Source: Octopus sinensis
Taxonomy: Eukaryota
Length of the DNA stretch: 64,000 nucleotides
Assembly: GCF_006345805.1 (NCBI RefSeq)
Contig: NC_043009.1
Coordinates: 24,056,001-24,120,000, forward strand
Direction of reading: 5' to 3'
In this document: piece after piece, positions 53,711 to 64,000 of the stretch
Position numbering within the stretch: the first letter of the stretch is position 1
Layout: each line of letters starts with the position of its first letter
Notes under the pieces: model-generated
Database searches by the model: none
What the model saw: only the letters and a program-made list of their open reading frames with translations
Told to the model about the DNA's origin: nothing
Program-made: the position numbers and the translations under genes

Positions 53711-56700
53711 ATGATCAAGATTGGTTGTGTAAATGCGCGTGGCTTGGGGTCCCCTTGGAAACAAGGGTACCTCTTAAATGACATAAAGTCACATAAGTTA
53801 GAAATCATAGCCATAAGTGAGACCAGACTCCACAATCCGCGGGCCCTAAAGACCATGTTTGGCGGACAGTTCAACATTTATTTTCCCCCCTGTCTGCCGA
53901 GAATGGGCGGTAGTGGCACCGCGGTACTTTTTCACACAGAGTCTGGATCTCAAAGTAAGGACAATATTCGTAGACCCGGAGGGTAGACTGGTCGTCCTGG
54001 ATGTCGACGGCAGCAATGGGTGCGCTTTTCGACTCGTATCAGTCTACGCACCGCCCTTAACAGGTCGGGCGGATTTCTTTCAACGTCTAGAAGTATTCTT
54101 GGGAACGTCTCGTCCTTTACTCTTAGTGGGGGATTGGAATGCTACCTTTGACACGCATGTAGACTACGTGGGTAGAGATAGGAATAGACGGGGATGCAAA
54201 TGCCTCAGAGACCTGCTCAGACGCTTTCAACTGTCTGACAGGTTCCGACTAGACCACCCGAATGCGCCAACGTGGACATGGAGCAACCGCAACGGGTCGT
54301 CGAGATCGTATCTAGATAGGATACTGTGTAGGACAGTAGACAGAGATAGCATAGGATGTCCACAATTCCACATAGTCAGCTACACGGATCACAAACTTGT
54401 GACATGTACGCTAGACTTAGGTAAGACACTTAGGCAGGGTCCCGGATACTGGGAACTAAACGCGTCTTTCCCATCGAGACAGGTTTTCAGAGACCGGATT
54501 AGCACACTAGTAAAGAGGGCTTTGACGGGAGCCATCATCAACAACAAATGGTGGTTTGCCCTCAAGAGAGCAGTAAAAGCAGAAGCGATTAGGTACAGCA
54601 AAGCACTAGCCATAGATAGAAATAGAGTAGAGGGTGAGCTAGTTAAGAAGCTAGAAGAGGCAATTAGAAGCGGCATCGCATCCGACGTTTTGGCGGCGAG
54701 GTTGGCCCTCGACCAACACTTCAACGCCAAACACGAAGGATGTGCTGTCAGAGCTAGGATGCGTGCTCTAAGGAACGAAGGTGTTGGAGCCGCGAGAGAG
54801 GCCCGGGTGGCAGAGGCGCAACAGGGCAACAAAGCCACCATTCGGTCCCTGGTAGATGAACAGGGGCGCGAATTGCTCGAGCCAAGTAAAATGTGTGAGG
54901 CCTTTCAGCAGCATTTTGCCCGACTGTTCGGAACGAGTGGAGGGCAAGAACGTAGGGTGGACTTCAGTGCCTACCTACATAGCCTACCACGACTCTCGAC
55001 AAGAAAGGCAGGGTGCTGCGAAGGTGCCATCACGGCGGCGGAAGTGCAGGAAGCGATGGCAGCCTCCACCTGATGCGCTACATCATAGACAGGGTAGTTA
55101 ACGAACCTGGCATGGGTGGGGCACTGATCAATTTGGATCAATCGAAAGCTTTCGATAGGGTGGACCATCGATACTTGGAGGCGGTCCTCGGAGCGGCTGG
55201 CTTCGGTCCCGTCTTCCGCGGCTGGATAGCCGCTTTGTACAGAGGCATCCGTTCGGTAATTCGCGTGAATGGACATCTATCGAGACCCTTCGACATCGCA
55301 CGTTCGGTCCGTCAGGGATGCCCCCTCTCGTCGCTTCTATACGTATTGACTCTCGAGCCATTATTGCGGAAGCTGGCAACCTTGAGAGGCATCCCGCGAG
55401 AACTGGGATGCGGGACGAGCGTGTCTGCATACGCGGACGACGTCACCGTCATAGTGTCTAGCCACGAGCACATCGAGCAGGTCGGCGAGACACTGAAAAA
55501 CTACGAAGCGGTGACAGGAGCGAAAATCAACCGGGAAAAGTCAGTGGGCTTGCGACTAGGCACCTGGAGAAGCAAGCCCATGCCGTCCACCACGGCCTCC
55601 GTCGTGGGACGCTGGACCGACGGCCCGGTTGAGTTGCTCGGGGTCTGGTTTGGTCCGGACCTCCAAGTGGAGAAGAACTGGAACGAGATAACGAGTAGGG
55701 TGGTCACTCTCGCCCGGCAATGGGCCGAGAGGAAACTGTCCCTAAAAGGTCGGGCGGAGGTGGCGAACACGTACATCGCGTCCGTCATCTACTACCGCCT
55801 GACCGTCGTACCTTGTCCCGACCCTACCATCACCAAACTACAACGCATTCTCTTTCGCTTCTTGTGGAAAGGATGCGTCCCGATGGTCAGGCGATCCATT
55901 TGCTGTCAACACCCGTTAAAAGAGGGCTGGGCATGCCGTGGTTGATGATGCGCAGACACGCGCTGAGACTGCGACATCTCTGGCTCTATGTAGACGACGG
56001 TGAACAGGTGTGGTCGCCGTTTGTGAGGCACGCTTTCCCGCAGCTCGTCTCCATGACCGAACTGCAGTCGTGGATCAAAAAGAGGCCGAAGAACGGCGAA
56101 TGGCACCGCGAGTGTCGCGTTGCTCTCAAGCAACTCTGCCGTCCTGGGTCGACCTTGAGTGACTTCAACACAACCAAAGCATTCTATAGGGGTTTAGTGG
56201 AGGGGAGGTACGACGACGAGCTCGGGGCGAACCTAGACGTCGACGAGGAGTACCTGACCCGCCTGTTCAGGACAAATTTCGGGCCAGGGCCCATGGACAA
56301 CTTCCAGAGATCCCTGGCCTGGCAGTGCTACCGAGAAGCGCTACCCATTCGGGATAAGCTCTACAGACACGGCTCGAGAAACACGGGGCCGACCTGCCCG
56401 AGATGCGGTCAGAGCGACGAAACCGTTCTGCACGCACTCGTGCAGTGTCCAACAATTTCCGACCTGTGGGCTTATGTCGAACAACTACTGTCACGTGTGG
56501 GACGAGTCGGTTTATCAGCTGAGTCTATCGTCAATATTGTCACGCCTCCCTCCTTCAAACGGGAAGGAAGAGCTATTTTCATCATCCTTGTGGCTATGGC
56601 GAAAGAATGTATCTGGTGGACGCGTCTGAAAGGATTGGAGACAAACACTTTCCTCTCTGGTCAATCTCTCATCAACTTCTTCAAGTACCACTTGAAAAGG

Positions 56701-56814
56701 GAAGTGAGAGTAGAGAGGCAAGTTTTGTCTAGCGAATGTTTTAAAAAAAGATGGGTGAATGTAGCAAGAATGGCACGTATGAATGACGAAGCCACCTTGA
56801 GCATGATCCTATGA
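53711..56814 (+). pseudogene. Tx1-like ORF2 (APE-RT-zinc), three frame breaks
   Basis: IGCVNARGL, IAISETRL, LVGDWNA, SYLDRI, TDHKLV; LDQSKAFDRVDH, VRQGCPLS, AYADDVTV; CPRCGQSDETVLHALVQC. Breaks near 53870, 55070 and 55930. Confidence 0.92.
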
Positions 56815-57188
56815 ACCCAGAAATTGAAAACAGAGAGTTGCTTATTCGCAAAAAAAAAAAAAAAGAAATATAACATGTGACTCCATTGACCGAGGTTACC
56901 GTGGTCTTTTCCGTAGGCTTTTCTTTCCACGGGTAAACCTCACCTGTCCTCCCCTTTACACTTCATATTGACATTTCTGTGATAACGATCCCTATTGATC
57001 AGTTTTTTTTTTTTTTCCCCCCCCCCTTTTTTTTAACCCCCCTTTTTTTTGTTCTCTTTCTCTCCTTTTACGATCCCTTTTGATCGAAACTCCCCCTTCC
57101 TATTTTTTTTTTTAAACTTTCAAAAGAAAAGCTCTACCTTGTAATTTGTTCTATCTGTGTGCAGCCCTGTGTGGCTAATAAAGAAACA

Positions 57189-57267
<79 letters not shown>

Positions 57268-57280
57268 CTATCTACCTTCC

Positions 57281-57745
57281 TTCCTCTCTGGTCAATCTCT
57301 CATCAACTTCTTCAAGTACCACTTGAAAAGGAAAGTGAGAGTAGAGAGGCTAGTTTTGTCTAGCGAATGTTTTAAAAAAAGATGGGTGAATGTAGCAAGG
57401 ATGGCACGTATGAATGATGAAGCCACCTTGAGCATAATCCTATGAACCCAGAAATTGAAAACAGAGAGTTGCTTATTCGCAAACAAATGTGGTAACATAT
57501 TACAATATTGACCAAGGTTACCATGGTCTTTTTCGTAGGCTTTTCTTCCCACGGATAAACCTTACTTGCTTTCCCCTTTACACCATATATCATAACACTG
57601 TGATACACCATCCCTATTGATCGTTTTTTTTCCTCTTCCCCTTTTTTCCCCTTTTTTCTTCTTTTTTCATTTCTCTTTTCTTTTGTTCCTTTTCCTTTTC
57701 TTTTTTCTTTTTCTTTTTTTATTTTTTATTTTACTTTTTATTTAT
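57281..57745 (+). mobile_element. Second, 5'-truncated Tx1-like copy (3' end only)
   Basis: Diverged copy of 56650-~57000, bounded by (TATC)n on both sides. Confidence 0.85.
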
Positions 57746-57808
<63 letters not shown>

Positions 57809-57889
57809 GCTAGCTAGCTATCCATGCATCCATGCATCCATCCGTCCGCCCGTCCGTCTATCCATCCATCCATCCATCCATCATCTATG

Positions 57890-57967
<78 letters not shown>

Positions 57968-58105
57968 AATAAATAAATATACATGCACGCACACACACAC
58001 ATGCATACACGAGTGTATAAGTCAATCTCATTACACCTTACTGCCATCTCATATTATATACTTATATTTTACTCGCTAATTATTTTCTCTTTATTACATT
58101 TACAG

Positions 58106-58291
58106 AAACGAATATTGCTGTGAAGGCAATTTTGGAGGAACTGACAGAGAAGATTCATTTTGATCGAATGTTCGATCATAACGTGGCAGATATCGATACC
58201 GAGAATAAACAATTGACCATTGGATCAATGAGCTGTTCTTGGAGTGGGAACATCGGAAAATGCTGTACACATCTATATTATATCGAAAGAT
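58106..58291 (+). CDS. Gene 2 exon 2
   Basis: ttacatttacag| acceptor, 186 nt (phase 1-1), ETNIAVKAILEELTEK..IDTENKQLTIGSMSCSWSGNIGKCCTHLYYIER, donor T|GTAAGT; same boundaries as gene 1 exon 2. Confidence 0.88.
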
Positions 58292-58431
58292 GTAAGTATA
58301 CGTCTTTCTTCACTCTGAACAAACACATTTGAGGTTTTACATCCACCTTTCGTTTCTGTCACTTGCAACTTTCTTATCCAAGGAATTTTATATAATAAAT
58401 AATAATAATAATAATGATAATAATAATGATA

Positions 58432-58495
<64 letters not shown>

Positions 58496-58498
<3 letters not shown>

Positions 58499-58878
58499 GA
58501 CCTACTCATTGAAATTGAGAAAATGTGGCATCTCAAGGCGGTTACAATACCAGTGATCGTAGGAGCACTAGGAATGATCAAGAAGGGAACCGAAAATTAT
58601 ATGAGAATGATCCCTGGCTTACCATCCCTGCAAGAAGTTCAAAAGATTGTCTTAACTGGTACATCACACATACTGAGAAGAGCATTGTCGATGTGAGAAC
58701 TGTTGCTGCTCATGTATTTTAATTTAACTTTAAAAAAAATAAAAAAATAAAAAAAATGAACGAACTATTGAGTTTGGTTTAATGGCCTACCAATGTATAT
58801 TATGAGTTTCTTTGCCCTAGGAGTCGGGAAGACACTCGGCAAGAAATGGAAGCAAATTTGAAAGAAGAAAAAAAGTAA

Positions 58879-58909
<31 letters not shown>

Positions 58910-58914
58910 AATAA
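58496..58914 (+). mobile_element. R4/Dong-like LINE, 3' fragment with (AAT)n tail
   Basis: KDLLIEIEKMWHLKAVTIPVIVGALGMI..VQKIVLTGTSHILRRALSM-stop, 3' UTR, (AAT)n on both sides. Confidence 0.85.
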
Positions 58915-61378
58915 ATGGAAGTCCCCAGGAAAGGATAAAATTCCTAACTTCTGGCTGAATGCCTTCCCAGAGTGCCATGAACTGCTAACAGAACTGTACA
59001 ATGATGTTTTGCAACACCCTAGTAGGATTCCTCCTTGGCTAGTTAATGGGTTAACATTCCTGCTTCCAAAAAGTGAAGAAACAAATGAAGCAAAAAACTA
59101 TAGACCCATAACCTGCTTAACAACTATGTACAAAACACTAACATCTGTCCTGACGGAATATACCTATAGTTTTTTAACAGACAGCAGCATATTCCCTAAG
59201 GAACAGAAAGGATGTAAATGTGGATCCTACGGCTGTAAATATCAACTACTCATCAATAAGATGATCTTAGAAGATTGTCACAAACGACACAAAAGCTTAT
59301 CAATAGCCTGGATAGACTATAAAAAGGCTTTTGATAGCCTACCACATAGCTGGATTAGGAAATGCCTGGAAATGGATAAGATAGCACCTACTCTGCGAAA
59401 CTTTTTCACTGTAAGTATGAGATCATGGAGAACCACACTAACTCTGAACAGTGACAATGAATCCCTAAATGCTGGTGATGTAAAAATTTCGTGTGGCATT
59501 TTCCAGGGGGACTCACTGTCACCACTCCTCTTTTGTTTAGCCTTAATACCTCTCTCAAAACTGCTCAATGACGTACCGTACGGGTATAAAATGTTTGATA
59601 AAAATATAAATCATCTCATTTACATGGATAATTTAAAGCTTTTTGCAAAAAATGACCAACAACTCAAGAGCTTACTAGCGATAGTCAAACAATTCAGTGA
59701 CGACATCAGAATGCAATTCGGCCTCGATAAATGTGCAAAAGTTACCTTTATCAAAGGAAAAATGACAGAAACATCTAACGTTAACCTCGACAAGCAGAAT
59801 GTCATAAAAGAACTAGACCCAGCGGAGAGCTACAAGTACCTAGGGGTAATTGAAGGGAACGGAATAAGGCATTCAGAGATGAAGGAAAGGATCAGGAGAG
59901 AATGTTATCGAAGAGTGAGAGCAATACTCAAGACAGAGCTGAATGCAAGAAACAGGATCGAAGCGATCAATGCATTAGCCATACCAGTCGTGAATTACAG
60001 TTTCAATATCGTTAACTGGTCAATTACTGAAATATGTCAGCTCGACAGAAAAATAAGAAAACTGTTGACAATGCATAGAATGCACCACCCTAAGGCAGAT
60101 ACAGAACGACTCTATCTGCCAAGAAAAGAAGGAAGCCGTGGTCTTCTGCAACTGGCAATAACAATGAAGATTGCTACAATTGGCCTAGACACCTACCTGA
60201 AAAAGTCTGGGGACTGGATGTTAAAACATATCTCAAAACATGAAAACAAGAAAGCATCATACTCAGTAACAAAGCAGGCAAAGGAATATCTAAGTGAATT
60301 CCAAATACAGCAGATTTCGAAATTAGAGATAGACATACAAGAAACAAGCACAGAAAAAGCTAGGCGCATGAAAACCCGTGCCAAAACTGCGGCCTTAGAT
60401 ATTCTGAATAATAAATGGCAAGAAAAACCTCTCTATGGCTAATACCTAAAGAGAGCGAATAATGCAGATATTGACAAAGCCCTGACCCATCAATGGCTAA
60501 TGGCCTCTGGCTTAAAATCTGAAACAGAGGGGTTTATCATAGCAGCTCAAGATCAATGCCTACCAACAAGAAACTACCAGGCCAGCATATTAAAGAACGG
60601 CAGTAGCCCAACAAGTCGTGTATGCCGACAACAAAATTAAACCATTGATCATGTTGTCTCCAAATGCAGTCTTCTAGCGCCTACAGAGTACCTCAACAGG
60701 CATGATAGAGCTGCACAATATATTCACTGGGTATTTCGCAAAAACCTGTATTTGCCCTATGAAAAAAACTGGTGGGAACACAATCCACCTCCAGTGCTTG
60801 AAAATGACGACATCTCACTCCTCTGGAACTTCACCATTCAAACTGACAGAAAGATAGATGCAAATAGGCCAGACATCATATTGAAAGACTTCAGACAAAG
60901 AACATGCCTCCACATTGATATGACTGTCCCAATCGATATAAACGTATCTGTCAAGACCTACCAGAAACTGAGCAAATATAAAGATCTTGAAATAGAAATC
61001 AGCAAAATGTGGAACCTGAAGACTAAAACAATACTTGTTGTCATAGGTGCCCTGGGAATGATAGCGAAAGGGGCTGATTGCTACCTAACTCAAATACCAG
61101 GAAACTCCAAAATGGCAGAAATTCAAAAGATAGTGCTCATGGGAACTGCTCATATCCTACGCAAAATACTCTCTATGTAATCCCAAGGTTTAAAACAAAC
61201 TTTTTTTTGGTTTTTTAAAATTTATGTATTAGACATTCACTAGTACAACACCCAAAAAAACCCCCAAATATATGGCACACTAGGCATAACAACAACGTGA
61301 ACTTCCAACCTGTTGTCTCTTGAGGTCTCTGGGTGAGACTTGGAGCCAACTTGTACAGACATAAAGCAAAAGTCAAAC
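58913..61378 (+). mobile_element. 5'-truncated R4/Dong-like LINE (RT plus restriction-like endonuclease), decayed
   Basis: KSPGKDKIPNFWL, NYRPITCL, WIDYKKAFDS, GIFQGDSLSPLLF, YMDN (mutated YMDD), RHDRAA, NRPDIIL, IDMTVP, KLSKYKDL; internal stops near 60440 and 60640. Confidence 0.92.
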
Positions 61379-61935
61379 ATGTGTGTGTGTGTGTGTATGT
61401 GCGTGTGTGTATGTATAGGTGTGTGTGTGTTAGTATGTGCCTGAGTCAGCGAATGAATGTTTTTGAGTTGGTCTCCCACCTTTGTTTCAGAGCCAGTTTT
61501 TGTTCGTGTGTGTGCCCTCCTAAACCAGCAGCTCAGCGCTTCAGAGACCGATAGAATAATTACCTAACTTATTTTTTGACACAGGGCACTTGTAAGACGA
61601 CCGCCAGACGCTTAACGAAGGTAAATGAACTGCGACCTGTCGCAGATAAAGGAGCCCGAGTTATTGGCTTCAATTACATACTTGAAGTCAGTGTTGGCAG
61701 AAATGAAATCAGCTTGCAAATACACGTTTGCTTTACTAAATTTATACTCGGACTAAGACCGCACAGCCCGAGTGCCGAAGTCGCCACTGATCTATATGTA
61801 TATATATAGACATACATAGATACACACACACATACATACATACATACATACATACATACATACATACATACATACATACATACATACATACATACATACA
61901 TACATACATGCATACATACATACATATATGCATAC

Positions 61936-61981
<46 letters not shown>

Positions 61982-62675
61982 ATATGTGCATGTATATATT
62001 CACATACAAATACGCATACTAGTGTATATATTCAGTTAGCATGGGAGCAGTTTGAAAACAGCCTGAACTCAAATTTCATACAATATATTACATCTCAGTT
62101 CTACCCCAATTCTAACCTAACCGCTACCCTTAATAAATTCCTCTTAAAATTGCTTGAATGCTAACAATTCTGTTTGTATACTAAAAAAAAAAGCTATTGT
62201 AAACTATTTCAACTTAGTATATAATATATTAATATATAATCACGGGGATGCAGCTATCATTGAAAGCCTATTTCCTGCACCTATTTCCCATAGGAAACTA
62301 ACAGGACGTAATTTCCTAACAATTCGGTAAACAACAGTGGCTGACCAACGTGAGATAATATCTTCTACGTTTTATTTATTTCAGTCATTCCACAACTGTC
62401 ATGCTGGAATACCACTTTTAGTCGAACCATCTCAATATTTATTTTATTATTATCATCATTGTCTTTGCTCAGCTTCTAACACTGGAGATTTACTACGGTG
62501 TCAGGTGTTCACTACCAGTGAACTAAGGTAACACCACTTATTTTCAAGCACTTTCTGGAGTATTCGAGCAGGTTCAAGTAGCGCTGTTTTCTGCAAGTGC
62601 TCCACGCTTATTTCAGCCCCTATTTGTTCCTTGTACTTCTCAAGCTCCCATGCACTTCTCAAGATATTATCATCA

Positions 62676-62714
<39 letters not shown>

Positions 62715-62959
62715 TATTATTATTATTATTATTTTAAAAAGGATTGGCGTAACTCTTCCCAATATTAAACAGTTAAGACGAAGAGCGCGATTCGATTGTA
62801 AACTTTGGTAATTTCTAGAATTTCTGTAGGATCCAGTTCTTATTCTGTGTACCATAATATCAATCATGTCAGTCTATTTGATTTTGATATTTTAAAAAAG
62901 ATTGATGTAACTCTTCACAAAGATTACAATCGAATCTTCGTCTTGACTTTACTTTTGTG

Positions 62960-63113
62960 AAATGTTGGTAAGTAGCTTGCTTACGAACCACACGGTTTCG
63001 GGTTCAGTCCCACTGCGTGGCACCTTGGGCAAGTGTCTTTCTACTATAAACTCGGGCCAACAAAAGACTTGTGAGTGGATTTGGTAGACGGAAACCGAAA
63101 GAAGCCCGTCGTA

Positions 63114-63181
<68 letters not shown>

Positions 63182-63418
63182 GTATGTGTGTGTGTGTTTG
63201 CGTGTATGTGTTTGTGTGTCTGTGTTTGTCCCCCCAGCATCGCTTGACAACCGATGCTGGTGTGTTTACGTCCCTCGTAACTCGGTTCGGCAAAAGAGAC
63301 CGATAGAATAAGTACAAGGCTTACAAAGAATAAGTCCTAGGGTCGATTTGCTAGATCGACTAAAGGTGGTGCTCCAGCATGGCGGTTGTGCAATGGCTGA
63401 AATAAATAAAAGGTGAAA
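62960..63418 (+). mobile_element. SINE family A, full-length
   Basis: ggtaagtagcttgcttacgaaccacacggtttcgggttcagtccc..gtgctccagcatggc. Confidence 0.85.
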
Positions 63419-63729
63419 CGTAGAAGATATCTCACGACAGTCAGCCACTGTTGTTACCGGTCGTCTTAGAAATGCCCTGTGTCAAAAAGTATTATTCGTA
63501 GCAGACGTTCTCTCTACATCGTTCACACGCGCCTGACTCGGACTCAGAAGTTACAGCCCGAGTTGTTATCTATAATCGTACAAATTAAAAGTAATTCAAA
63601 TTTAATGTTTTTCTTGAAGTAATAAATTTCTATAGAGATTAGTATTTAGATTCCAATCAATGAAAATTTTCCGTTCTACAATATTCTTAAAGGAACAAAA
63701 ATTGATCCAGCAACTCAGGCTAATACAAA

Positions 63730-64000
63730 CGAGGCTAGTAAGTATCAAGAAAACGAGGATTTTTTCGGCAGACTTATCACACAGGATGAAACATGGGTCC
63801 ATCACTATCATCCTGAGACTAAAGTCTAGTCGAAGCAATGGAAGCATAATAACTCACTATCTCCAAAGGAGGCTCGTGTCCAGCCCTCAGCAGGCAAGGT
63901 GATGCTCATAGTTTTTTGGAACTTGTGCGGAGTCGTGATGGTGGATTTTCTGGCAAAGGGCACCACAATTTACAGGGCATATTATGCTTCTCTACTGCAG
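63730..64000 (+). pseudogene. Mariner transposase remnant running off the window
   Basis: FFGRLITQDETWVHHYHPETKV*SKQWKH..SAGKVMLIVFWNLCGVVMVDFLAKGTTI: first catalytic Asp region with a stop. Confidence 0.88.

Larger units (their letters stand above)
52500..57187 (+). mobile_element. Near full-length Tx1/L1-like LINE
   Basis: ORF1 relic plus ORF2 with APE, RT and C-terminal zinc motif; 3' UTR ending gccctgtgtggctaataaagaaacata then (TATC)n. Confidence 0.9.

Noticed and set aside
54389-56721. Minus-strand ORFs over the Tx1-like ORF2
   Set aside because: Antisense shadows of a GC-rich coding region with no independent motifs.
61585-61620. 36-nt AG..GT-bounded segment as gene 2 exon 3
   Set aside because: In the required phase 1 it reads W-H-L-stop and has no similarity to gene 1 exon 3.

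Overview
Eukaryotic, AT-rich, microsatellite-laden DNA. The SINE families and repeat landscape look like an octopus (coleoid cephalopod); this is recognition from memory, not a search. There is no rRNA, true tRNA gene or CRISPR array. Main contents: (1) a ~21.7-kb tandem array of a ~556-bp unit (37 copies, plus ~2 inverted copies) in which every forward unit carries a type I hammerhead ribozyme (HHR) motif; (2) three unrelated fold-back elements in the first 15 kb, each with an HHR in both arms, plus Penelope-like (GIY-YIG) remnants, all with the same outward polarity and nearly all bounded by (TA)n, together suggesting a Penelope/retrozyme-type system; (3) two tandem paralogous spliced genes for secreted precursors: gene 1 is complete (4 exons, 241 aa: signal peptide, acidic pro-region, 6-Cys strongly cationic DUF4773-like core, acidic tail) and gene 2 has only exons 1-2 in the window; (4) decayed LINEs (two RTE-like, one near-full-length Tx1/L1-like in (ATCT)n, two R4/Dong-like in (AAT)n), two mariner remnants, Helitron-like non-autonomous elements and many SINEs. 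All ribozyme, family and splice calls were made by eye and need computational or experimental confirmation.
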